A stretch of DNA of 64,000 nt. Origin: an archaeon. GTDB lineage: Archaea; Nanobdellota; Nanobdellia; SCGC-AAA011-G17; GW2011-AR17. The stretch lies in NCBI GenBank assembly GCA_018656555.1, contig JABHZQ010000023.1, positions 2,875-66,874 of the forward strand, written 5' to 3'. The notes below the pieces were generated by a model. It worked only from the letters and a program-made list of their open reading frames with translations. It made no database searches and had not been told where the DNA came from. Shown here piece by piece: positions 1 through 10,399 of this stretch. Position 1 is the first letter of the stretch; every line of letters starts with the position of its first letter. A program made the translations under genes and the position numbers.

Positions 1-4
1 AAGG

Positions 5-174
5 TTTTTCCTGATTCTAGAACTTTTATTTCCATATAACATATATTTTTCAAGCACCCTTTTTAAACCTTTCGATTTAGACAAAAACTTAACATTGGAA
101 AAGATGAGCCCCTGCATTAACTTTTTGATAAGAACTAAGCAAAATACACTCCATATTAACCATTTCTACCTTCC
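5..174. repeat. ~170-bp direct repeat (copy 1), about 90% identical to 2460..2632; it carries a relic of the last ~27 codons of the GT-C gene 3' end (…CILLSSYQKVNAGAHLFQC*)
   Basis: Hand alignment of positions 5–174 against 2460–2632. The minus-strand translation of copy 1 reproduces the C-terminus of the 2545..4239 protein. Confidence 0.6.
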
Positions 175-249
175 CCTAATTATTCAAATCTATAAAGCAA
201 AGAACCTTATTACAAGACATAAAACTCTTTTTTAAGACTGAGAGGTAAT

Positions 250-1221
250 CTACCAATAAGAGCTATCTTTTTTTAAGAAATATTTAATAAAACCCAATAT
301 TAAGCCATAAATCCAAATTATATTTCTAACAAAAATAAACAATCCAGACAAAACTGCAAATTTAAAATTAATTTCTTTCTTAATATATGATAAAAAACCA
401 AAATTAATACCCATAATCATCAAAAACAAGAGCAATGAAACTATCAAAAAATAAGAAATGAAAATACCAGTCAACAAAGATAACACTAACAACCCAGTTA
501 AAGTCAACTGTGCCACAATATTAAATCTACTAAAACTCACCTTCTCTTTCATCATATTGGGTTTTGATAAATAACTTCTAATCATAGATACAGCCCAGGA
601 TATTTGTTGTTTAAAATATGGTTTAAATTCAGACCTAAAATCATGCAAAACCCCATTATTTTTAAACCAATAAATTTTACCAATTTTTGATAATTTAGAA
701 GCAAACTCCATATCCTCATTTACCATTATGGGAGGAAATCCATTTACTTTAATAAATGCATTTTTTCTACAGGCTAGATTACTTGATGAACAGCTATTTA
801 AAAATTTTGGAGAGTTCCTCTGAAAATATAATATATCATAATGCTGAAACAAACACATAAATTTTTTCTTTACAGAACCTGAATAAGGTCCTGTTACAGC
901 CACCACATCTTTGTTATTTTTTAAATAATCATAAAACTTCTTAAGCCATTCTTCTGGAACAACACAATCAGAATCAACAAATGCCAAAATATCACCTTTT
1001 GCAATTTTAGCACCGTTATTTCTAGTAATAGCTGGTCCAGAATTAGTTTCATTCCTTATTACTGTAACATTAAATTTTTTTGCTATTTCTACAGAATTAT
1101 CTTTGCTTTGATCATCCACTATAATAACCTCAAAATCTTTAAAATTAGAATTAAATATACTTTTTAGACATCTTTCTAGTGTTTTAGAAGAATTATATAT
1201 TGGAATAATGACTGAGATCAT
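250..1221 (-). CDS. Family 2 glycosyltransferase (GT-A) with C-terminal TM segments
   Basis: Starts with an IIPIYN…(~25 aa)…VIIVDDQSKDNS…DSD layout typical of GT2. An ATGA stop/start overlap at 1218-1221 with the upstream radical SAM suggests the start is at the Met at 1221 rather than 1242. Confidence 0.7.
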   Translation of the reverse strand: MISVIIPIYNSSKTLERCLKSIFNSNFKDFEVIIVDDQSKDNSVEIAKKFNVTVIRNETNSGPAITRNNGAKIAKGDILAFVDSDCVVPEEWLKKFYDYLKNNKDVVAVTGPYSGSVKKKFMCLFQHYDILYFQRNSPKFLNSCSSSNLACRKNAFIKVNGFPPIMVNEDMEFASKLSKIGKIYWFKNNGVLHDFRSEFKPYFKQQISWAVSMIRSYLSKPNMMKEKVSFSRFNIVAQLTLTGLLVLSLLTGIFISYFLIVSLLLFLMIMGINFGFLSYIKKEINFKFAVLSGLFIFVRNIIWIYGLILGFIKYFLKKDSSYW

Positions 1222-2300
1222 TTTTTTAATAAAACTCCACACATTTTTTTCTTTGAAAAGGCAATATTACATAAAGTTGCACACTCAAAACTACATCTAC
1301 ACTTTGATTTTTCAATAAATGATAAAATTTCTTTACTTTTCTTTCTTTTTAAGATTTTATTAATATCATAATCAAATTCTCGCAAACTACCCATATTAAA
1401 AGATTTATTCTTATAAAGGTAGGATATCATTTCACAAAGTGGTACATTTCCTTCTTCATCAATCGTTATCATTTTTTTTCCAGCAACACAAGGCAGTATA
1501 AATTCATTAGTTTCTATAACTTTATTATTTATCTTATACATTTCTCTAACTATCTTATTGTATATTCCAAACAAATCTTTTCTCTTATTTTTTTGTTTTG
1601 TTTGCAAATAACTGTAAACTTTAAAATAATCTTCTGGAGTTACCTCTTTAGAAGAAGAATCTCTTGAATCTCCCCTTACAAAAGTTATTGTTTGGTCATT
1701 TACATTTAAGTTTTCTGATACATAATCTATTATTTTATATATAGAATTTTTATTTAGTTTTGAAAATGTTGTTGCTATGTTGATGGCTAAATCTTTGTTT
1801 TTAATCTTATGTAAAAGCTTGTATGTTTCTAATGCATTATTAAATATGCCTTTTACACATCTTATTTCATCATGTTTTTCTCCTATAGCATCTAATGAAA
1901 TCCCTATCTTGACATTAATATTAGGACATTTTTCAAATATTCTACTTATAATCTCATGAGTTCTTTCTGGAAATCCACCATTAGTTGTTATGTTAACAAC
2001 TCTTGTTCCTGAATTTTTATAAAATAAATAAACTATTTCTGCTAAATCCTCTCTTACAAAAGGTTCTCCCCCTCCAATACTTATATAAAATAAATTTTTG
2101 AATTTTTTAGATATTTTTTCATATTCTTTTATTGTTAATTCTTTTTCTTTTGAAGCACCATCAATACTTTTCCAATAAAAACACATTTTGCATCTAGCAT
2201 TACATCTAGCTGTAACAAACAAGATTAAATAACTTGGTTTTTTACTGAAATAAGATCTAGTTAGTTTTACTAAATTATCAGTTTTGCTTAGTATATTCAT
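1218..2300 (-). CDS. Radical SAM/SPASM-domain enzyme (paralog family member 1)
   Basis: N-terminal CNARCKMC (Cx3Cx2C) motif and GGGEP motif, with a C-terminal Cys cluster (CRCSFECATLC). It is a paralog of 14356..15420. Confidence 0.75.
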   Translation of the reverse strand: MNILSKTDNLVKLTRSYFSKKPSYLILFVTARCNARCKMCFYWKSIDGASKEKELTIKEYEKISKKFKNLFYISIGGGEPFVREDLAEIVYLFYKNSGTRVVNITTNGGFPERTHEIISRIFEKCPNINVKIGISLDAIGEKHDEIRCVKGIFNNALETYKLLHKIKNKDLAINIATTFSKLNKNSIYKIIDYVSENLNVNDQTITFVRGDSRDSSSKEVTPEDYFKVYSYLQTKQKNKRKDLFGIYNKIVREMYKINNKVIETNEFILPCVAGKKMITIDEEGNVPLCEMISYLYKNKSFNMGSLREFDYDINKILKRKKSKEILSFIEKSKCRCSFECATLCNIAFSKKKMCGVLLKK

Positions 2301-2459
2301 TATTAATGCCCTTTATCCTTGTAGAAATAGACATTATTTTTAAAGTTTATCTTTCTTTGGCACAGGATAAAAAGTTAGTGATTTTGAATTTTGAAGATTT
2401 AATTCCATTAATTTTTGATGATTTCTTCCTTAAAAGAAAAAAATCTCAAATATAAAATG

Positions 2460-2632
2460 TTTTTCCTGATTCTAGAATTTTTATTTCCATTATAACCCAT
2501 ATTTTTCAAGCTCACTTTTTAAACCCTTAGATTTAGACTAAAACTTAACATTGGAAAAGATGGGCCTCTGCATTAACTTTTTGATAAGAACTAAGCAAAA
2601 TACACTCATTATTAACCATTTCCACCATTCCA
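2460..2632. repeat. ~170-bp direct repeat (copy 2), covering the 3' end of the GT-C gene and its downstream region
   Basis: See copy 1. Confidence 0.6.
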
Positions 2633-4239
2633 ACTCTCAAATCCCTATCTTGATGACCTAATAATAACCACAATCTTTCACCTTCAGAAGAAGAAACAAC
2701 CTCTAACAAATCAGGATCATATCCAATTTCAGGATCACCTATAAAAAATCTATCAGTTATATTATCTTTATAATAATAAGAAAAAGCCCAATTTACTCCC
2801 CTATAGACATAAGTAAAATCATTATCTTGTTTGTTCTCTACATAATAATTAACAACTGGCTGCATCTCTTCTATTTCTAAAGGCATCAAAAAATGAAATG
2901 AAAAAGCAAATATTAAAGGAATTAAAATAATAAACAAATAAACAAATCGCTTTATTATTCTATTTCTTATCAACCAATTAACAATAAAATAAATTCCAAC
3001 ACTAACAAAAACAAAAATAAGAGGTATCAAAAATAAATCAGCTCTTACTCCTCCAAAGGGAAATTTATTAAGTAAAGCAGCAAACAACACAAAAGGAAGA
3101 GGAATAACAAAATACCACCCCATCCCTAAAAATTTACCATATTTTCTTGTAAAGATAACCAGTAAAATCCCCAATAAAAATAATAAAAACATAAAACCAG
3201 ATAATTTAAACAAATAAGGGAAAAAAGAATAACTCTTACTTAAAACAAAAGTTATTATCCCTCCAAAAGAAAGATCTGCAATAAAATAGTCTTCCCAATA
3301 ATTAACCAAAGAAACAGCCAGATTAGGAGTTATTACAAATAGATAGAGTAGAATAAATTCCAATAAAAGAATACCATCATAAAATAATAGACCAATTTTA
3401 GCTTTAAACTTTCTTGAGAATAATAACCTAAAATTTACTGCAGGTAAAACAAAAATTAGAGCATATGAAAACCCCAACCCGACTAAAGAAGAAACAATCA
3501 ATAATAACCAATTCTTAAAATTAGTTCTCTCAATTAATTGTTCAGTTAAAAAAAACAATAATAAAACAAAAAAAACATCCCCAATATAAGGTTTTAATTC
3601 CTGTGAATATCTCAAAATCAAGGGATTAAATGCAAAAAAAGAAAAAACCAGTAATTGTATCACCTTATTTTTTGTAAACTTCTTCATTAACAAATAAATT
3701 AAAGCCATAGACCCCAATCCAAACAAAAAAGGTAAGAATCGAAAAACTAATTCATTCTCACCAAACCAATCAATAAAGGCCCTAATAACTAATAAAAATA
3801 AAGGAGGAGTAGATTGTGGTGGAAAATCATAAAATAACATGTTAGATATAGTTGGCTCTAAAATAGAACTAGCAACCCAAGCCTCATCCCCATGCAAACT
3901 ATGTGCACCAAGATTATGAAAAATCAAAAAACCAGCAAGAACAAAAAGAATAATAAAAATAGTACTAAAACTAACTTTTTTCAAAAAATTAAAAACTTTA
4001 GTTATAAACAATAGCATAACTAAGAAAAAAACAATAAAAAAACCACAAACAATTTTAAAAATCTCAAAGTTTCTTTCTGAACAAGTATCACAAACTCCAT
4101 CTACAGTAAACCCATTAGCAAAACTTAACAAAAAATCAGTGGGGATTGTTAAAAAAAACAATAATCCCAAAATTACTAAAATAAAGATTAAAAACAAGAA
4201 GATTTTAGCATTTTTTGTTTCTTTTACTGTAAATTTCAT
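2545..4239 (-). CDS. Polytopic membrane glycosyltransferase of the GT-C superfamily (ArnT/PMT/GT39-GT83-like)
   Basis: More than 10 predicted TM helices and a GDEAW (DE) motif in the first extracytoplasmic loop. It sits in a glycosylation gene context. Confidence 0.5.
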   Translation of the reverse strand: MKFTVKETKNAKIFLFLIFILVILGLLFFLTIPTDFLLSFANGFTVDGVCDTCSERNFEIFKIVCGFFIVFFLVMLLFITKVFNFLKKVSFSTIFIILFVLAGFLIFHNLGAHSLHGDEAWVASSILEPTISNMLFYDFPPQSTPPLFLLVIRAFIDWFGENELVFRFLPFLFGLGSMALIYLLMKKFTKNKVIQLLVFSFFAFNPLILRYSQELKPYIGDVFFVLLLFFLTEQLIERTNFKNWLLLIVSSLVGLGFSYALIFVLPAVNFRLLFSRKFKAKIGLLFYDGILLLEFILLYLFVITPNLAVSLVNYWEDYFIADLSFGGIITFVLSKSYSFFPYLFKLSGFMFLLFLLGILLVIFTRKYGKFLGMGWYFVIPLPFVLFAALLNKFPFGGVRADLFLIPLIFVFVSVGIYFIVNWLIRNRIIKRFVYLFIILIPLIFAFSFHFLMPLEIEEMQPVVNYYVENKQDNDFTYVYRGVNWAFSYYYKDNITDRFFIGDPEIGYDPDLLEVVSSSEGERLWLLLGHQDRDLRVGMVEMVNNECILLSSYQKVNAEAHLFQC

Positions 4240-4340
4240 ATTTGGGCAGACACAAAGTTACAGCTTATAAGCTTTACTTACTTTAAATCCAAACTTCCAT
4301 AAAAGATATAAATGACTTAAATGAACAGTTAGCTATTAAA

Positions 4341-5444
4341 ATGAAAAGTTTAGAACATTATTTACAACACTTTAAGTTTGTAATAAAAAAGCCAAGGGTA
4401 ATACCTCGGATAATAAAAAACTATTATCTAGTTAAAATTCTAAAGAAAAATAGATTAAGAACGATTGATTGGGCTATAACCTACCACTGCAACTCCTGTT
4501 GTAAAATGTGTTCTGCTAAGTTATTAATGACAAATCCCAAGAAAAAAGGTAAATCCTATCTTTCTCCTGATGAAATGATTAATACTTGGAATCAAGCAGT
4601 AAAATTAGGAGCAATTCATGTCAATCTTACTGGGGGTGAACCCACCCTTAGAAAAGATGAAGAACTTATAAAAATTATAAAAGGAATCAATAAACAAGGA
4701 GCCTTAATTTCTATGGTTACAAACTCCATACGTATGGATTATGAAAGACTTAAGAAATTCAAAGATGCAGGTTTAGACACTCTTCAACTTTCACTTGAAA
4801 GCATGAATCCAAAAGTCCATGATGATATAAGAAGATCTCCTGGAAACTGGGAAAAACTTATGCAAGTATTCAAATGGGCAAAAAAATTAAACCTTATAAT
4901 CTGCTTAAGTGCTGTAATTACAAAAGATAATTTTGATGAAATTAAAAAAATTGAAAATTTTGCAAAAAAAGAAAAAGTCTTTCTCCTATTAAATCCAATA
5001 TCTGCTTCTGGAGAAAAAATACAAGATAGATCTCTTAACTTAACTGAAGATTATAAAGATAAATACTACAAATTCTTATACAGCAATAGCCTACTAAGGG
5101 CAGATACTGTTTTCAATTTCAGAGGAGGTAGAGGCTGTCCCGCAGGAGTAGAAAGAATAGAAATAAGTGCATATGGGGATGTAATGACTTGTCCACATGT
5201 ACAAGTACATTATGGTAATGTCTTAGAAGAACCACTTAACACTATCTACAAAAGAATTAGCCAATTCCCTTATTTAAAAAACTTTGAAAAAGACTGCAGA
5301 CATGTATTCAATAAAGAATATATTAAAAAAATTATGGACCCAATTAAAGATTGTAAAGAATTGCCGATCTCAATATATGATCATCCAGTTGCTAATGAAC
5401 CAGAAATAAAAGACTATCTAAAAAATGAACTATACAAGAGGTAA
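4341..5444 (+). CDS. Radical SAM/SPASM-domain enzyme (paralog family member 2)
   Basis: CNSCCKMC (Cx3Cx2C) motif, a GGEPTL glycine-rich motif, and C-terminal CPAG…CPH cysteines. Confidence 0.7.
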   Translation: MKSLEHYLQHFKFVIKKPRVIPRIIKNYYLVKILKKNRLRTIDWAITYHCNSCCKMCSAKLLMTNPKKKGKSYLSPDEMINTWNQAVKLGAIHVNLTGGEPTLRKDEELIKIIKGINKQGALISMVTNSIRMDYERLKKFKDAGLDTLQLSLESMNPKVHDDIRRSPGNWEKLMQVFKWAKKLNLIICLSAVITKDNFDEIKKIENFAKKEKVFLLLNPISASGEKIQDRSLNLTEDYKDKYYKFLYSNSLLRADTVFNFRGGRGCPAGVERIEISAYGDVMTCPHVQVHYGNVLEEPLNTIYKRISQFPYLKNFEKDCRHVFNKEYIKKIMDPIKDCKELPISIYDHPVANEPEIKDYLKNELYKR

Positions 5445-6006
5445 GGGAATTTTAGAAAACTTTCTAGCTAAAAAAAGAGCCAAAATAACTCAAAAACATA
5501 TTAAAAAACAACACAGAAAAGGAAGAATTCTAGATATTGGTTGTGGACAGATCCCATTCTTTTTAATAAACACAAAATTTAATGAAAAATTTGGACTTGA
5601 TCAGATTGAATCAAAATCAAATAATATTCCAATAAAAAAGTTTGATATTAACAAAGAATCCCTACTTCCTTTTGAAACAAATTATTTTGACACAATTACC
5701 ATGTTAGCTGTATTTGAACATATTGAACCAGAAAAATTAGTTAATTTAATGCAAGAAATAAACAGAATACTCAAACCCCGAGGAAGATTTATTCTCACTA
5801 CGCCTTGCACCTGGACAGATAAACTTCTAAGAATAATGGCAAAACTAAATCTAGTCAGTAAAAGTGAAATAGAAGAACATAAGGATGCATATTCTCACAA
5901 ACAAATAAAATCCATACTAATCAAAGGAAATTTCAAGAAAGAAAGAATAAAAACTGGATACTTTGAATTTTTCTTAAATAATTGGGCATATGCTGACAAA
6001 GTCTAA
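5425..6006 (+). CDS. Class I SAM-dependent methyltransferase
   Basis: LDIGCGQ SAM-binding motif I, plus RGRFILTTP (post-motif II). Confidence 0.6.
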   Translation: MNYTRGKGILENFLAKKRAKITQKHIKKQHRKGRILDIGCGQIPFFLINTKFNEKFGLDQIESKSNNIPIKKFDINKESLLPFETNYFDTITMLAVFEHIEPEKLVNLMQEINRILKPRGRFILTTPCTWTDKLLRIMAKLNLVSKSEIEEHKDAYSHKQIKSILIKGNFKKERIKTGYFEFFLNNWAYADKV

Positions 6007-6704
6007 TTAACAATCCTATATTTTAACAAATACCATAAAGCCTTCATTCCATCCTTCCAGGTTATTTTCTTCCCCTCATCAAAATCTCTACATTTATACC
6101 AAATTGGAACTTCAACAATTTTGTAACCTCTTTTAATTACTTTCGCAGTAATCTCCGGCTCAAAATCAAATCTTTGTGATTTCAAATTAGGCTTAATTTC
6201 ATCAATTACCTCTCTTTTGAAAACCTTATAACAAGTTTCCATATCTGTAATTTTCCTCAAATAAAGAACAGAAGTCATAAAAGTTAAAAATTGATTACCA
6301 ATATAATAAAGCTTATATTTCTCCCTCTTAAGTTTAACCCTTTTTCCTAAAAATCTAGATCCATAAACAACTTTAGTTTTTCCCTTTAGAATAGGATCTA
6401 ACAAAGAAACATAATCATTTGGATCATATTCCAAATCTGCATCTTGAATTATAATAATATCTCCAGTAACATGTTCAAAGCCAGATCTCAAAGCTCTTCC
6501 TTTCCCACAATTCTTCTTATGATAAATTACCTTATATTCACTCTCTAAATCTTTTAAGATATCTCTTGAACCATCAGTACTATAATCATCAACAAGTATA
6601 ATCTCTTTCTCTATATCACCCAAATCAACACTATTTACAGCATCTAAAACAGAAATAATTGTTTTCTTTTCATTATAAATAGGTATAATAATAGACAGTT
6701 TCAT
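6003..6704 (-). CDS. GT2 glycosyltransferase, dolichyl-phosphate sugar synthase (Dpm1)-like
   Basis: LSIIIPIYNE…ILVDDYSTDGS…QDADL, the classic DPM1/AglD-like N-terminal architecture. Confidence 0.7.
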   Translation of the reverse strand: MKLSIIIPIYNEKKTIISVLDAVNSVDLGDIEKEIILVDDYSTDGSRDILKDLESEYKVIYHKKNCGKGRALRSGFEHVTGDIIIIQDADLEYDPNDYVSLLDPILKGKTKVVYGSRFLGKRVKLKREKYKLYYIGNQFLTFMTSVLYLRKITDMETCYKVFKREVIDEIKPNLKSQRFDFEPEITAKVIKRGYKIVEVPIWYKCRDFDEGKKITWKDGMKALWYLLKYRIVN

Positions 6705-6785
6705 AGAAAGAATGATTAAAAAATATGTTTATATAGTTTTTGCATGTTCATTAGACTATATCGTTTTAGAATTTTTAAAAAATCA

Positions 6786-7901
6786 TTATTTTCTAAGCCA
6801 AGTCTGAACCTTATTCACAACAACTCTCAAAAAACCACCTTTAAACTCAACAGCCCCATAAGGACATAGCTCATGGCAACAATGACAACCAATACATTTT
6901 TTATGATTAATTTTTAATCTTTTACCATTATCATCTATTGCATTAACTGGACAAGATTTATAACATATTTTACATCTCTTACATTTATCTACATCAATAT
7001 TCAATTCAAGCTCATATAAACTTCTTCTAATAAATTTTGGAAGATAGTATGAAAAATTTTTAGCGAAAATAGGTTTTTTACAACTCCTATTTAATCCCTT
7101 ATCCCCTAAAATAACTAAATCATCAGGTTTCACCAAATCTAAGGCATATCTATTTGTAAGAACCTCTCCAGGCTTAAAACCAATAATTCTAGAAGCTTCC
7201 ATATCTAAAGCAACTGCATTTTCAGAAGCCAATACAACCCCGAACCATTTAGGATCACCAATATTCGGACCATTACCTTCCATACCCAAAACTCCATCCA
7301 TAATACTCAAATTAGGTTTTACAATATCATGTAAATCCAAAAGCATCTTAGCAAATATTTCTGCATTTTCACACTTTTTGTGCATTCTAGCCTTACCTGT
7401 TCCAGGTATACAACCAAATAAATTTTTTACAGCCCCAGTATATTGTGTAAATGTGTGTGTTTTCAATTTAGGAAGATTTATTATCAAATCAACTTCTTTC
7501 AACAACTTAGGAATAAAAATTCCATTCAAAAGTTTTGAATCTGAATCTATCTTTTCTAACTCTTGGGAATCAAAACTCATAACCTTTACATTATCAAATT
7601 CTTTTTCTATAGGTTTTATCTCTGAAATTTCCAATGCCTTTTTAGTATATCCCCCAAGATCAGTACCTGATGAATCACAAATATAAATTAATGTATCTTT
7701 ATCAAATAGTTCACATACAGCCCTTATAAAATCGGGATGAGTTGTTACAGCTTGTTCAGGCCTATATGGTCCCAAAACATTAGGTTTAATTAAAACTTTT
7801 TTTGCTTCTAAACTTATTCCTAACTGTTCTACAGCCAGAGCTACAGCCTTCTTAATATTTTTATAAGATTCACATTTAATTACAGATACTTTTATTTTCA
7901 T
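6786..7901 (-). CDS. DUF362-family protein fused to a 2x[4Fe-4S] ferredoxin domain
   Basis: C-terminal CKRCKICYKSCP…CIGCHCCHELCP dicluster motifs. The start is probably the Met at 7901, just after the upstream stop at 7903. Confidence 0.55.
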   Translation of the reverse strand: MKIKVSVIKCESYKNIKKAVALAVEQLGISLEAKKVLIKPNVLGPYRPEQAVTTHPDFIRAVCELFDKDTLIYICDSSGTDLGGYTKKALEISEIKPIEKEFDNVKVMSFDSQELEKIDSDSKLLNGIFIPKLLKEVDLIINLPKLKTHTFTQYTGAVKNLFGCIPGTGKARMHKKCENAEIFAKMLLDLHDIVKPNLSIMDGVLGMEGNGPNIGDPKWFGVVLASENAVALDMEASRIIGFKPGEVLTNRYALDLVKPDDLVILGDKGLNRSCKKPIFAKNFSYYLPKFIRRSLYELELNIDVDKCKRCKICYKSCPVNAIDDNGKRLKINHKKCIGCHCCHELCPYGAVEFKGGFLRVVVNKVQTWLRK

Positions 7902-7902
7902 T

Positions 7903-9084
7903 CTAAATGGGTCCATACAATGGACAATACCTACAGATCTTTATATCTTTAAACTTTTTAATATATATCTTAGAGAATTTACTATATCTAGCAGAGTTAA
8001 GTATTTCTTTAAGTGAATTTTTCCTAATATTTCCAAAACTATATCTTAACAAATCACAAGGATAAACATGACCATAACAATCAATAGTACAAAATTTATA
8101 AGGAGTTATACAAAACTTGTCCTCCCTTCTAATTGCCTTATCAACATCAACCATTTCTTTAGTAAAAAACTGGCCCCTAACTACAATTCCATACTCTTTT
8201 GCCTTCTTTAATATCTCTTTTCTTTTTTTATCCAAAAGAAATTTATCTTTAGCTGCCAAACTAGATGGAACCATAAATTCAAGTGAACCCACTTTTTCTT
8301 TGAAAAGATCATCAGTTTGCTCTTTTGTATCTTCACTATAAGTACTCATCATATAATAACTAACTTCCTTTATTCCTACCTCATTAGCTATATCCATAAT
8401 CTTATCAAGATATTCTACATTTGGAACACTAATCGTAACACAAATACTTTTATGGATTTTATTTTCCTTATCATACTTTTGTATAAGTTTTATTGCATTA
8501 ATTTGTTTTTCAAAAGCATCCTTATGGCCCCTAATATGATCATTAATCTTTTTAGGCCCATCAATTGAAAATCCTATTGTTGTAAGACCAGATTCTCCAA
8601 TTTCTTTTGCAATTTCAGGAGTCATCAAAATCCCATTAGTTATAATATTAGTTTTCATTCCTAATAAAGAAGCCAACTTAATCAATTCTGGTGCTCTTCT
8701 ATAAGCTAGAGTCTCTCCACCCAATAGCTGCACAGCATTACAATTCATCTTTTTTAACTGTCTAAGCAAATCCTCAAACTCCCCATGTTTTAATTTATTC
8801 TCTTTTATTTCACATCCATTCATCATTGAATTAATACGCCAGAAATTACAAGTTATACATTTAGAAGGACAAGCTTGAGTAAGTTCAATTTTAGCACTAA
8901 CAATACTTTTAAGTTTTGGTTCATGATAAAAATTTAACTTATTTCCTAATTTAGAAAGAAAAACATGAAATCTTAACAAAACATAATCTTTAGCCAATTT
9001 AGGATTTTGTTTAGCTCCACGAAGCATACAATATGCCTTAATCGCCCTTCTACTTACATAATTCTTAATTCCGCCTTTAGCCAT
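7903..9084 (-). CDS. Radical SAM/SPASM-domain enzyme (paralog family member 3)
   Basis: CPSKCITCNFW (Cx3Cx2C) motif, LLGGETL, and C-terminal CTIDCYGHVYPCD…CRYC cysteines. Confidence 0.7.
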   Translation of the reverse strand: MAKGGIKNYVSRRAIKAYCMLRGAKQNPKLAKDYVLLRFHVFLSKLGNKLNFYHEPKLKSIVSAKIELTQACPSKCITCNFWRINSMMNGCEIKENKLKHGEFEDLLRQLKKMNCNAVQLLGGETLAYRRAPELIKLASLLGMKTNIITNGILMTPEIAKEIGESGLTTIGFSIDGPKKINDHIRGHKDAFEKQINAIKLIQKYDKENKIHKSICVTISVPNVEYLDKIMDIANEVGIKEVSYYMMSTYSEDTKEQTDDLFKEKVGSLEFMVPSSLAAKDKFLLDKKRKEILKKAKEYGIVVRGQFFTKEMVDVDKAIRREDKFCITPYKFCTIDCYGHVYPCDLLRYSFGNIRKNSLKEILNSARYSKFSKIYIKKFKDIKICRYCPLYGPI

Positions 9085-9157
9085 ATTATCTTAAAATCAG
9101 TAAATTTGCTTTATATAAATGTTATGCAAAGAAAAGATTTGCCTTATAAATACATAT

Positions 9158-9784
9158 TCACTTGTTAGCTTTTCTTTTCAAATACCAACAACCAACATCA
9201 ATATATTTTGTTAAAGAAGTATGAAACCAGAACTCTTGTTTCAATGGAAACTGATACTTATACATTTTCTCGATCTTAAAGTTATTTTCTCCAACAAATT
9301 TCCTCACAAACTCCCTAGTACTTAACTTATGAAAACTATAGATCTTTTTGGCCAAATCCATAGCCTTAATCAAAAATAATTTATCAACATGAGTTTCCTT
9401 TGTACCAAAGGGAGGATTCTGTATAACCAAATCAACCTGCTTATCAAAATCTTTTATATCTAAATTAAAAAAATCAGCATTTACTTTTTTTCCAATTAAA
9501 CTCTCTACCTTTCTCCTATTTTTCTTAGCCAAACTCATGGCTTCTTTATCCAACTCAACAAAATGAACCTTCTTAGCACCTAGAACTAAAGCTCCCAATC
9601 CAAATATCCCTGGTCCAGAACCTAAATCTGCAATAACCTTGTCTTTAATATTTTTATCAATATGAGCATTCCACAAAGCATCAGCAGCAATAGTTGCATC
9701 TGTTGCATACTGTTCTAATTTAACTTTAGGATTCTCAAAACGCTTAAGCTTAGATAAAAGTATTTCCAACTCTTTTTTATTCAT
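9158..9784 (-). CDS. Small SAM-dependent methyltransferase with an NPPF catalytic motif (METTL5 / COG2263 / HemK-like family)
   Basis: DLGSGPGIFG motif I and VIQNPPFG motif IV. Confidence 0.6.
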   Translation of the reverse strand: MNKKELEILLSKLKRFENPKVKLEQYATDATIAADALWNAHIDKNIKDKVIADLGSGPGIFGLGALVLGAKKVHFVELDKEAMSLAKKNRRKVESLIGKKVNADFFNLDIKDFDKQVDLVIQNPPFGTKETHVDKLFLIKAMDLAKKIYSFHKLSTREFVRKFVGENNFKIEKMYKYQFPLKQEFWFHTSLTKYIDVGCWYLKRKANK

Positions 9785-9819
9785 AAAAAATTATAGAACT
9801 CTTCTATTTAAATAACTTA

Positions 9820-10311
9820 TCACTTTTTCAAATCTAATAAATCACCAATTGTCAATCCACCATCTCTCAAATTAAATTCTTTCATATCTTCCTCTTTAAC
9901 CTCTTCTGTTTTCTTTTCAACTAACTTAATACTAAAAAACTGTTCAAACTTTTTTGCTAATTTTAAAGTGGGTTCCAAATTCCCACTCTCAACTTTCTGA
10001 ACAACTGATTCTCTTTCAGCAATAGCTTTAGCAACTTGTTCCTGTTTCATTCCCATCCTTTCTCTTGCTTTCCTAATCTTAACCCCATAACCAGAAACAA
10101 TACTTTCCATTGCCCTATTTACAAAAACTGGTTTTTTCTTATTTTCAAAAGAAACTCTCTGGGCCCTAACATTCCGACTTGGAGCTCTCTTTATCTCAAT
10201 AGCTTCACCAAATTTAGAACATTTATCACAAACCTTAAGGATACTCCCTTCTACAATAGCCTCGGAAACTCTTGCTTCTTGACCACACATCTCACAGTTT
10301 GCCATGTACAA
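9820..10311 (-). CDS. mbf1: Multiprotein-bridging factor 1 (archaeal MBF1: N-terminal zinc ribbon plus C-terminal XRE-type HTH)
   Basis: CEMCG…CDKC zinc ribbon and an HTH segment (QEQVAKAIAERESVVQKVESG). This is an archaeal/eukaryotic marker. Confidence 0.7.
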   Translation of the reverse strand: MYMANCEMCGQEARVSEAIVEGSILKVCDKCSKFGEAIEIKRAPSRNVRAQRVSFENKKKPVFVNRAMESIVSGYGVKIRKARERMGMKQEQVAKAIAERESVVQKVESGNLEPTLKLAKKFEQFFSIKLVEKKTEEVKEEDMKEFNLRDGGLTIGDLLDLKK

Positions 10312-10399
10312 TAAGGTATAAAACAGAATATTTAAACTTTTTTAATATATAATATAGTTTTTCATAAACCTTTTAAAAAATCTATAAAAGAGAAACACT

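Noticed and set aside
1777-1959. 60-aa plus-strand ORF inside radical SAM gene 1218..2300
   Set aside because: Antisense artefact.
7378-8568. Short plus-strand ORFs (7378..7686, 8117..8341, 8317..8568) inside the DUF362 and radical SAM genes
   Set aside because: They are nested antisense ORFs with odd composition. The minus-strand genes carry clear enzyme motifs.
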